NCBI GenBank assembly: GCA_904063045.1
Contig: CAJFCJ010000015.1
Location: 496,001 to 560,000, forward strand
DNA length: 64,000 bases
Reading direction: 5' to 3'
From: Dimorphilus gyrociliatus
Taxonomy: Eukaryota > Animalia > Annelida
Shown here in pieces: positions 28,401-40,217 of this stretch. The notes under the pieces were generated by a model. It was not told the origin of the DNA. It saw nothing but the letters and a program-made list of their open reading frames with translations, and did no database searches. The first letter of the stretch is position 1. Every line of letters starts with the position of its first letter. Position numbers and translations under genes: made by a program.

Positions 28401-29182
28401 TGTTAAACAAATTACCAAATTAAACATAACCTTTAAAATTTAACAGAAGTTTCGACTCGTCTCTCAGCCCTATGTTGTGAAAATTTGGCCCAAGAGAATG
28501 CAGTCCCCGTATTATATAGGCTGATAAAATGCTGCAATAGGTCCGTGCCGCATATGGAAATAATCAAGTATTGTATATCAATCTTAGTCAACTTGGTTAA
28601 GGTATAGTATTAATCTAGTTAAGTAGTAATCGAAATTTACACGATTTTTATCAACAGCATGAAAAAACGTCAGTTTATGCCTGCTATAATGAAGATATGG
28701 CCGAAACATTGGCGGAGTTAATTTGCATGTATCGCGACAAGGGCTCAATTTTTCATAAAACATGCTTGCTTTTAGGCTTAGCAGTACGGCGTTCTCAGAC
28801 CGTAACGACGGTTTGTTATCCGCAACATGACAGCTTTTTTCTTTCATTACTATTGTCCATTTTTTCCTTTTTTTATACACAGGCAATAAGAACTCAATCC
28901 CGTTTATGCGATCGGCTAAAAGCTGTCTACACTTTAATAAGGAGGCGACAGAACTTGGATGAACAGAGAAAATTTCAAAAGGCCAGATGTTCCCAATTCC
29001 TTCCGCCTGTGAAGACTAAACGTCAGAAGCGGCCTTCGAGTTCTTCTTCTTGCTCCGCTTTTGAAATACAACCGGATTGGGTCTTATCTCGAAGCTCTGT
29101 CAGAGAAATTGACGAACCAATAATGGCTATTCGATTCGTATTGAACTGTTTGGGATTGATCGATTTGGACGAAGTTGTTTAA
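19424..29182 (+). CDS. ASPM: Abnormal spindle-like microcephaly-associated protein (ASPM/Asp)
   Basis: N-terminal ASH domain ([15 protein letters not shown]...SWTP...REKVIF), basic low-complexity exon 19990-21150, [19 protein letters not shown] domains (DLRDGVRL; [23 protein letters not shown]), a ~3.4-kb IQ-repeat exon (~24267-27694), and an Armadillo-like C-terminus ending [25 protein letters not shown]. More than 20 exons; internal boundaries not all resolved. Confidence 0.95.
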
Positions 29183-29318
29183 TGACAATTATTTTTTTAT
29201 GTTGACTTCTTAATATATACACGTGTATATATTTATATATACTTTTTATTCGACTATGAGTATCATCTGCATACATCCAAATATATTTGATGTAAAAACA
29301 TACAGACGTATACACGAC

Positions 29319-29350
<32 letters not shown>

Positions 29351-30645
29351 TTGTGCATGTGTTCATTAATCTATCCATTCATAATGTATAAATATGTAAT
29401 TATACACAAATGTAAGTTATAAGTAAAACCAAACTTCTAGTTTTCATTATATAAATAAATGCATATACTGTACATGTTATTTATATATATATATATATGT
29501 ATAAAAGTAAATATGCGTTTACTGCAATGGATTAAGGGACTGCTTATACAAAACTACACTACGCTTTTATTATATATATTTATTTATTTATCTATATATT
29601 GCAGCTATATATATTGGAACCATATATATACTGCTCAGAAAAGTGCGAAACGAAGAAAAAGGAAAGCAAATACGACAATTTTTATTCGCTTAACGAATGC
29701 TATAAATATATGTCCCGTTCCGCAACGCAGCGCTAATCAATTATATAAATGAGCAGTTTTCATTTAATATGTATAGTCATGCCGGCCGTATCGGTAGCAG
29801 GTGTAAAATGATTAGGTTTTGGCTAAATTTTTAGTGAGAAAGTCTCTAGTGATCGCGGCCTATATTCGAGGGTGATTGATATAAAGGTGGCGCGACTGCC
29901 AGCATAGTTGCAAGCCAGGCGCATTTGCGAGGGTGCGACGAGAAAGAAAGTACGATTGTTTCCGCTTCCCTCTCAAAACAACTTACTGGTATTAATAGAA
30001 TTAGTTTTCAGGGAAGAAAGTGGATAACTTTAAGAAAAAGAATAGAAATGAGGTAAAAGTAAAGAGTCTTAAAAGAAAAGCTTGTTAAAAAAACAAAGTA
30101 AAGTGACAGTAGTTCGATCGATCGATCATTGTATTTAAACTAAACTGTAGATATATAAGTGTGCTTCTATGGTGTTTGACATATATATATATAAATATAT
30201 ACAGGTATATATATATATATATATATATACATGTGTATTCATGTAAATGTGTATAATTTAACTATATCTCTTACTATATGATAGAAATATACAGCATATA
30301 AAAATGCACTGGTAGTATATATACAGTATATACAGTATATATATATATATACTGTATATATATATATATATCTACATATGCATATGCTGTATAATACATA
30401 TACGTATGTGTATTTATCTGTACGTATATATTCTTGTTTTTTTCGGTTTCTTAGTCCATGAAAGCAAAATTTAGGTCGTTAGGAGATATATGTATTTTAT
30501 ACTGTACTCTGTTTAGTCATATATTCTCTTCGAAAAAATGTTTTACAGGTTTTTGCATGAACCCTTTAAAATATTTATTTCGGTTTAGAAACACATATGT
30601 TCTTGGCAGGACAAGATGTACAGTCTGAAATTGTTGCAATGTGTG

Positions 30646-31172
30646 ATGGGATGTGGTCAGTCTCAGAATAAAGCACGTGTCGACAACGACGACAGAATTA
30701 CCAAATCTAAAAGGGTTGACAAGAAGCAAAGTCAACGTAAGTGTCTTTTCTTCTTTCTCGTTTTTTTCATTTTCATTTTTTTTGCTTTAATTTTTAATAC
30801 CTGCTTTCCTTTCTTGCTAATATATATTTGGCAGCAATGTATATTACTAATCAATATTCATTAATGCAGTATTGCGGTCGACATTAATAAGCTATATGTT
30901 TTTCTTCATTTTTTAATAGCGAGCAATTCAAGTACTAATCAAACTGAATCGAGCGCGACCTCGAGTAGAAGAATATTTCAGGAAACGCTTAACAAGCCTA
31001 TAGCGCAACGCAAGTGAGTTATTAATTCAACAAAAAAAAAATTATCTAATCAATATCGAATGAGCGCCATCTGTTGTATTTCAGCGTCATGACAAACAGC
31101 CAAATAGAGTTCTTCAGAATGCTCGATGAAAAGGTCGAACAAGGCCGTGATTATGAAGATGTAACAAATTGA
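30646..31172 (+). CDS. C1orf21: C1orf21-like small protein (MGC N-terminus; SQIEFFRMLDEKVEQGRDY C-terminal motif)
   Basis: Exons 30646-30736, 30920-31013 and 31085-31172 join in frame. The C-terminus matches human C1orf21 SQQEFFRMLDEKIEKGRDY as I recall it. MGCG start suggests myristoylation/palmitoylation. An in-frame upstream ATG exists at 30616. Confidence 0.8.
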
Positions 31173-31385
31173 TTAAATTCAAGGAATGTTTTAATCTCCT
31201 GCATTTAGGGTGTCATATGGCTTGCATAAAACTGTATTCCAAGAAACAAGTGTAGTACTAATATCGAAAGGAAAATTGTCTAGAAACGTGATGATTATAA
31301 TAAAACATTATATAACATTTATTTTTTACAAATATACTGTATACATGCATGTATATATGCTGTATACGAATATATATATGTGTGC

Positions 31386-31423
<38 letters not shown>

Positions 31424-31664
31424 ATTTATCATATACTGTATATACAGTCTATGTGTTAGACATATATACTATGCTTATGAATTGTATATATGAATACAAT
31501 ACATATGCTGCATATGCATAGTTACCCATATATGCACACATAGGCATCTAAATGCTATATAGTACATAAATGAATATGTGTGTATATATAAGGCGCGATG
31601 TTCTCTAACTGTTATAATATCATCGGTGGTTTAAAGCTAAAGATCAATTTCAAGCATTCTTTTG

Positions 31665-34600
31665 TTAAGAGTAAATCGTTACAACCTCCTTTCCGCTTCC
31701 ACGCACCATGAGGACTCTATCTAAGCCCTCTGTTAGTGCCTCTAGATACTCCATGTCTACATAAATTGAACGGAGATTGGATAAATATCTTTAATAAATC
31801 AGATTGAAGATATAAATCACTTACAATTCTCTTCTGCTGATAATTTAGCAGGTGGGGCTGGAAAATTGATGATAACGAGCTTAGCGTCTCCAGACTTAGA
31901 GCGAATCGCTTCGTTCAATTTAATCGCTGTATGCATTCTCATAAGTTTACCTTCGTGATCAGATCTATAATAGAAAAGAGGCTCTGGGTTAGAACCTAGT
32001 TCAATATGTAAATTAAAAATTATTACAGTTTTTGAGTGCTCATTTTCTGCTGAATTTCCTCCAATTCACTCGGTGAAAATGTAAAGTGAACTTTATTTTT
32101 ATCGTCATCACTGTCATCTGTAGGATTTAAATTGGAGGCGCCGCTAGGAGGCAATTTTAATGTATCCATTTCAATTTTTATGCTCTCTTCACTTTTTTCT
32201 GTTTTTGAAGTCGAACGAGATGAGCGAAATTTTTCCCTAAGAGATTCTCTTCGAGTTTTACTCTCACTGCCCTCTTTCCTCTTTGCAGTGGGCGAGTCGG
32301 ATAGCTTAGCTAAATGACTCGAGTCGACAATTTCCTGTATCTATTGAAAGGGAAAAAAGATGAAAGATTAGAATGAAAAGAATAGGAAAGGTTTCCATTC
32401 TCTATTTAATTTTTATTTTGATAGAAAAATCTATGACTAGTCATTGGAATAATAATAAATCAAAATAAAAACAGTTCTCATTTCATTGAAGAAAAACAAA
32501 GAGAATGGGAAAAGAAAAAGGTTCTGGAAATGTGAGAAGTTTAGATACTGTAATTAAAATGAGCTTGTGTGGTAGATCTTTTCTAAGAAGGTAATTAAAA
32601 ATTATAGCATAACTAAAAACAGAAGCAGAATACTAGCACACTTCGAAATCAACTTGCTGACAAATACTGACTAATTAGATGCTATTCGAGAATCCCGAAA
32701 GCATGGAATCTATTAGTTCTAGCATATTACTGTTACTGACTAAATAAAAAAGGAAAAATGAGAGATAGAAGTCAGTATTCGACAGTGGCGTCTTACGGTG
32801 ATAGCGGGAGTTTGTAAAGCTGTTAAAGAGGTTCGTCTTCGGGAGTGTTGCACTATATTCTGCGTACAAAAATAGCTTGTTGCAACGATTAACATGCCCA
32901 CCCTAAACACATAATTTAAAGCTTTTTGTACAAAAGTAAACAACGAGCAATAAACAGCCATTTGAAAAAAAAACGTCATGAAAGGCCTTGAAAATCACCA
33001 CAGCCGACAGATGACACTTCAAGCTAGATCGATTATCGAGGTTAATCAGCGGTTGAAAACGCAAAATTATATTGTTAATAAGGTTAGGTAACAATCTCAT
33101 CAGCACTTTTCCATTATGAACCTGCTTAATACTACAAATCGAGCTGGACAAACCTGGGTTAAGCTGGGTCTAGAAGTTCGTCGTGGAACCATCTGAATAA
33201 AATTATTATCTACAGATCATTTGCAATTTTTTGAGCGTTTCGAATATATAGAAATACTATAGAAATACTATACAGTAAGTAAATCTTTGCATTGGCGATC
33301 AATAATTTTGCCTGAGACGGTAAATGTTCAATTGCTTTCAGCCTAACTTAACTGCTGAAGGCTCCAGGATATCTATATATTGCTATTGTTAGTTTCCCAC
33401 AGCAGAAAATACATAGCTATTTACATATACATTTATATTTATATACAATATATATGTGTAAATATAGCTCCAGAGATGTATATATACAAATATATTTGAA
33501 AATTCCAGCTATATTTAGCTGTAGAATATTTTAGAAATATATGACCATTTATCAATCTGAGCCTTTTTTTGTTCTACAAATAAATATATATGTAGGACAA
33601 GAAAAAAAATTAAATATATATATAGAAATGCTTTATAACAAGCTCCAGTGCAACATATTTTCGTATTCCTTATAAGACTAGCGATAATCTCTTATTTACA
33701 TGGAAAAATTGTCTGTTCTGCAAATAACACAGCTATATCTTAGAAATCTATATTAGTTCGTACACCAAATCAACAAAGATAGCTGAACTTTGATTGAAAA
33801 AAGCGAACAAAACACAAAAGAATAATATATGCAAAGGTATTGACGACTTTTGTGAATTGCTGTGTCAGTGCTTTGTATATCTCAGCTTTTGATTTTATTA
33901 CTGTTGTCTAAACACATACGTTGAGGTAAATAACAATAGAAGTAACTTTTGCCAGTAAATACTATAATAAGGGATTATCATTTTCATTTTCAGTGTTATT
34001 AGCCTTTCAATCTATTACAGCACATTCGACGTTTTCTGGTAATGTTTCAATGGAAAATGATCAAATTTTTTTTGATGATTATTCGCTTTTAAAAAAGAAA
34101 CAGCCAAATGTTAAAATCGAAAAGAAAATCAATATAAAAAAATTTTTATGCCTACATCTCACAATTCTCATAGGAACTGAATCTAAGAAATAGTAAAGTA
34201 GTCACCTTAACCAAATTGTTATAAAATAATAAAAGGCAATCATCTCCATAGTAATACAGGTTTAGCGAGCTGCTTGTTGATAAACGAACAAACAAAAATA
34301 GCAAACGTAAATCCTTTGCTGAATTTAAATAACCTTTTATAGAAAATCAAATTGAAAAAATCGTTCGAACAATTTTCTATTTATATTGAAAGAGTATTAA
34401 GCTTCGAGAGTTGTTTCTCTCGATTATTTAATTGAAACCATCCCTATTTATCTAAACACTTGGGCTCCTTCAGAAAAACAAGTAGCGTTATAAACGATAG
34501 ATAAGAAATTTAAGGATATAATTTATATTTTTTGCAAAAGCTTCCGTTTGCCGTCAATAAAAATCTCGTGACCAATCGTTCGTGGGCAAACTGTAAACTT

Positions 34601-37600
34601 TGTATAAAATTTGATTTAACACAATTCCTTATACTTTACACGTTATAGTTAACTGAGTGCTACGAATTTACACTCAGCTATTAATGCTGTATACATATAG
34701 AGTATTTTAAGGGTACATATGAAATATAGATATAAATACAAATATATATAGATATATATATATTTATATTAATATACTATATACAGTATATATATATATA
34801 TTCATATAAATAAATAAATAAATATATAAATATATATATAAAATTTATATGATTACATATATACACTATATACTCTTCACTGTATACTATCAAATATATA
34901 TATATTTGTTACGCATAGATAGATTCCTGAGGCCATATAAATTAAATTTGTTTGTAAGATTATCCCATCATAAAACATATTTAGAAGACATTGAGAGATG
35001 AAATATGAAACAACAAGATATAAAGAAAATATATGTTTCAAATATTTCACAACGGCATCTTGACAGTGCAAAAAAAAACAGATTAAAAGATTACATGCTT
35101 GCGCCAAGTGAAATTTTTTTTTTGTAGATTTTTAATAGATACAGTATATATTACCCTTCGTCGAAAGTCCTGTAAATAATCGAAGGAAGATAGTCAACAG
35201 GTATTATTACTACGCACATATATATATATCTATATATATATATATACATAATGAGGTTTGAAGGCACGCGACCTGATAGGCATCCTAATCAAAACAGGTT
35301 ACAAAAACGCTCAAAGCTAATAAAGAAGCGTCTCTTGAGCGTCAAATAAACAATTCAACCTAAACTTACTTACCGTTTTTTGCTTGGACATATGTAACTC
35401 TCTCAGCATTTCAGCTCTTTTCTCCATATCAAGCGTTCTCTCCACGGTGTAGGCCGATATATCATTATCATACTGTAGATAGACAACAGCTTATACCAAG
35501 AGTAATATAAATAATAGCTTTACCATTTCTTCTACAAATACTTCCGCTGAAATACGTAGCTGATATAAAAAGGTTTGTAAATCCTTTTTTAACTGTATAC
35601 TATTGTCTGTCATCTCTGTTTTCAATAAAATATTCTCTTTAGAATATATAAATAAATAAAAGAGCCTAAACAAACGAGCAACTGTAAATATTCTAATTTT
35701 GCATTGCTTCCAAACTTTATGCTGCTGCAGTAGGAAAGAGAGTAAGATGAGCATTCCACCATCGTGAACTATCCACCAAACGTCGATAGTACCGTTACTT
35801 CTTTCGAAATTCGATGGAAAACTATTTATTCCTCTCGGTACAAGTAAGGCGAGTTCCTTAGCTGTCACAGCCTTTACAGTATCTAAAATTACAGAAAAGC
35901 GTTAAATATCACGAATATTTGAAATTGATCTTATTAATTCAAATAGTCGCTTAGTACAAATCAATACACATAGCCCTGATCAGCTAGAAAGCCCATATGT
36001 AGATCGCAGAGTGGCCTTTTTATTAGATATACCACCTGAGCACGTCGTCAGCCTTTTTATGGTCAGTTTTTCGTCTTACAAAACAACTAATTTGTATAAA
36101 TCTATGAAACCTTTTTAAGAGACTTTCTTTTTCAATTAAAAAATTTATTCCCTCACCTAGGAAGACTTTCCAAGATCTTTCTTCCGTAGAATTTCTCCAC
36201 CCGTAAGGCCAACCAACCATAACAGTATTGTGTCGTAAACCACCTAATCCAATTGTTTGTACTCTGTCAGAATAAAGTATCATTTAGAATAAACTATCTC
36301 AAGCTTACTAGATCAAGTAATACTCACAAATTATTTAAACCCTCGGTTATATCCTTTGTTACAAGAATTTTAGCGAACCCCTTGACCTTCTCTTCTTTAA
36401 GGACATCTCTTAAAATCTGAAAAATAAAAAATCTCGAAAATAGATAATTTACCAGCGAAGACAGAATTTTGTAAACCTGCTTGGCTTCTTCAGCATCCTG
36501 AGCTCGTTCAATAAAATCCCCTTCTAGTACGGCGGCTACCACGGTTAATCCCTTGCCTAAATATACAAGAAGATGTTAGAAAATTGCAAATGTGGTAGAA
36601 AATGTCAGTTTGTAGCCTCGAATCGTGGTAAAAAAAAAACCTCACAAATTTTTAGTAAACCAAAACACACCTGCTTTGAGTTGGCTTGCAAAGGAGAATA
36701 TTCGTGGGTATTTTAGTGTTAAATCTTGATTTATTTTGCATAGTACTAAAACTTGAGGTCGCCAATTTTTTGTATGTGGATCGCATTCATCTAATTTTAA
36801 CAAAGCTTTTTGAGCAGCTGATAACGACAAACCAGTGATGCTATCGCCCCATTCCTTCTCACTACTGTAAGGAGAAAATTCGATATGTTTGCACTTTAAT
36901 AGAACTGAATGTACTAAGACCCACCCTTTATATTCAACGTATTTGTATATAAAAGCACCGATAGCGAAAGCAGCAAGAGCAAAGTACCAGCCAGCCATTA
37001 TTGAAAGAGCCAGATTCAAAGCAACTCCTAACAAAGACAGTGTCCAGTGGTAATACTTGAAACGAGGCCTCCAATTTGGGGTTTTCAATAGGGTTTGTAG
37101 TACACAGGTTAAATTAACAAACCCATAGCACATTAGAAAACAACTGAAAATAGACAAATAAAAGCTTTTTAATTCCATTCTGTCACGTTTGACAAACATA
37201 CACATCGATTACGGGAGCAACGCCTTCAAGTTTTGCTATAAGGATTCCAGCTTCAGCGATAATTGTTGTTAGTAACAAAGCTCTTAACGGTTCGCCTTTC
37301 TTTGTTGTCACCTTGAAAACATCTAGAAATGGAATAATGTTATCTCGAGCGATCGCCTGAAGTAATCTTGGTGCACTCGTAAGGCACTGTAGAGCAGCGC
37401 CAAGTGTCGAACAGAATGCCCCAACTAATATCACCCAAGGATGTGGCCATGCCAATTTCGCCACAAGTAAACTTCCTCCAAGACTCTCACCAAACCTAAT
37501 TTTATTTGTACATAATTGATCGATAATATATGATATAGGTGAAAATATAAAGTACTCTGTACTGACTTATCTCGAAGCAAAGCGCCTTCGGCTGTTGCGC

Positions 37601-39774
37601 CAAATAGTAAAATAAACGACAAATCTACCATAAAAAAAACGGAAATTGGCGTTAAAAAGAGGAAAAATATATATTCTTTGATGTGGTTAAAACTTACAAA
37701 CGAATGAGCAGGTTAATTGAGCTAAAATTGTGCCAATAGGAATAGATTTTTGAGGATCTTTCAAGTCTCCTGACATGTTTGATCCGGTCATAATGCCTTA
37801 AAAATTAAAAAATTTCGTTTGATGTTTGAACACCAATCAATTAAATATACCAACCAGTTACCGATGGAAAATATATTGCGCACAAAGCTACAAAAGTTAT
37901 TGCCATATCAGATACGACTTCGCCACGTTCCGGACTGCCTTCTACTCCTCTTACAACTTCTTTCTCCTTCAAGTAATGAGAGTGAGCGTTTTGTGCAAAT
38001 ACGCCAGAAGCAACACCTGGTATGCCCGGGATATATGACAAGTTATGAGTTTTATAGTATTCGCATGACTCCGGAGTAGCACCGGTTGAATTTCCGCAGA
38101 AGTTATTATAAATTGGGCCTGATGTATTTTTCGAACACCAAACTCTTCCGCTTGCAGTAATTGATTTATGAGTAAGTAGCCTATTACCTAACATGCAGAT
38201 ATTCACATCTCTTGTATTGGCATTTGCTTGAAAGGCTCCTATATAGACACAAATTATCGAAATGATGACACAGGCTAGGGATATCGGAGCGAACATCTGC
38301 ACGAAACGGACACCAACCGCAACGACCAAAGTTAGGATAAGTAGCGTGACTGTTCCGTATACTCTCATGTTATTGTCGGGGTTGTGGTGGATATCTCCAA
38401 AATAGGCCAGTTGCGGCGCCATATATTGTAGGAAGATCTCGATAGCACCCAGTATGTACAAATCGACAGCGAATGTATTCGCCAAGTAGAAGCAAATCCC
38501 GACTGCACCACCGCATTCTGGACCCAAATTACGAGAGATCATGAAATATGAGCCACCAGCTGAAATCAATTTATTGTAATTTTTGTGTTAATAAAGTTTT
38601 AGCTTTTGTTACCTTGAACCATCCCGTTTGTTGCTATGGCACTCATCGATATAGCAGTAACGAACGTCTGAGAGAAGAATAAAAAAACCAATTTACTTTA
38701 TAGAATTCTCACATTCTGTTTTATTTATTTTGATAGCTAAACGGAACCTACGGTCAAACAGCAGAGAAAGACCATTACAAATGATTGAATAACTCCCGCC
38801 GAACCTACTATCCAAGCCAAGCGAACGAACATTAACACCCCAAAAATATGTTGAATTGTCGGAAGGTATACGCCAAATATAACACCAAGTTGGGCCATCT
38901 GCAATAAAAAAGCATTAAAAAAGTCGTCACAGTATCTATTTTCGGAATTTCAATCAATAGTTTGTCCCTGAATGACAGCTCGAATTGCGTATTGATGATG
39001 TTGATTTGTGAAAAACTTATCTGATTGAAAAGTTACACGGATTCGAACTCATCATTAGTAACGCACCGCCAAGCACGACACTTGGAAAATAAACTTACAT
39101 ACCTTAGGTTTTTTAGCCTCTGCATCTTTTTCCGACGGGTGAACAGTGTGATAATTAACGAGTGACTTTACGAAAGTTGCAACACGAGGCATTTGCTTCA
39201 TGTCTTCTTCATACAAGTACAGGTTCTTTTTTGCCCCATGATCGTTCATATCCCCCGTCGAGGCTATATAAAATGACAAATATTCGTAATAGGTTAGGCA
39301 ATTGATAGTATAAAAAAAAATTGGGGGAAATAGAGTTATAAAGATAGTCGAAGTTTCTTGGTCAGTTTAAGAAAGGAGTATCGGCTAGAGCTAATTGCGT
39401 CAGCTACTGTGTTATTAAATTTAGCCTAAGCGTCGTTTTTCAGCTGTATAATATGATATAGTTTCGCCTTGATAAGCTCGCTTTTTTAGTTAGATTAAGT
39501 TAGTTCAATGGGTAAAAATCGTTGACTATCTTAAAAGCAGTAAAGCCTAATAGAAGAATTATGTAAAGAATTAGATGACTGTAGAAATCCATAACGTCGA
39601 ATAAGGGTAAACACTCGACAGTAGGTTGCGAAGATTTTTTTTCTCTTCCCGCTCGAATTAAAAATGGAATGTCGAAAGAAACCTCAAACCTTGTTCTTGC
39701 TGGTTTAATTCATTTGTTTCGGTATCCGCGTCTTCAAATTTTTCATCTGCTTTGCTAACTTCAAATTTCGGCAT
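31665..39774 (-). CDS. K-Cl cotransporter (SLC12A4-7/KCC family)
   Basis: Start MPKFEVSKA (39774); NLYLYEEDM; [29 protein letters not shown]; [20 protein letters not shown]; [19 protein letters not shown]; [17 protein letters not shown]; [12 protein letters not shown]; KEWGD; HTKNWRPQ; [13 protein letters not shown]; end [30 protein letters not shown] (stop 31667-31665). Confidence 0.95.
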
Positions 39775-40217
39775 TTTGCTGCAGAAAATCGATTAAAACT
39801 CCAAAAGATCTTGCTCGCGCTCTCTGCAACGCTGAATGCAGTGCTATAGAACGTTCTATCCGGGCGAGTTTATTAAAAGTAGGGGTAGCAGCTATATCTA
39901 ACCTAGTCGTTATGTTATATATATATATTTTAGTGTATATATAGATATATATATAGATATATATATACAAACTGTAAATGCTTTGTTAAGAAAGAATAAG
40001 AATTTATCTGTCATAAGACTGTATAGAAATTTCTGGAATTATAATCTTTTCGAAAAACTTGGAAATTTAACTCAGCGTATGTCGAAAGATAACACTTGTG
40101 GACGGAAAAAAACGGGACGAGTGTTTTTATAGGCTTAAGGTTTAGGAAAGGGATAAGAGTTATTCTGAAATTAGATTGCCAACTCTTGACGGTCGTGTAT
40201 TTCTTTAAAGTAAAAAT

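Noticed and set aside
35273-35284. 12-nt KCC microexon (DAYQ)
   Set aside because: Phase fits, but the donor GTCGCG is very weak.
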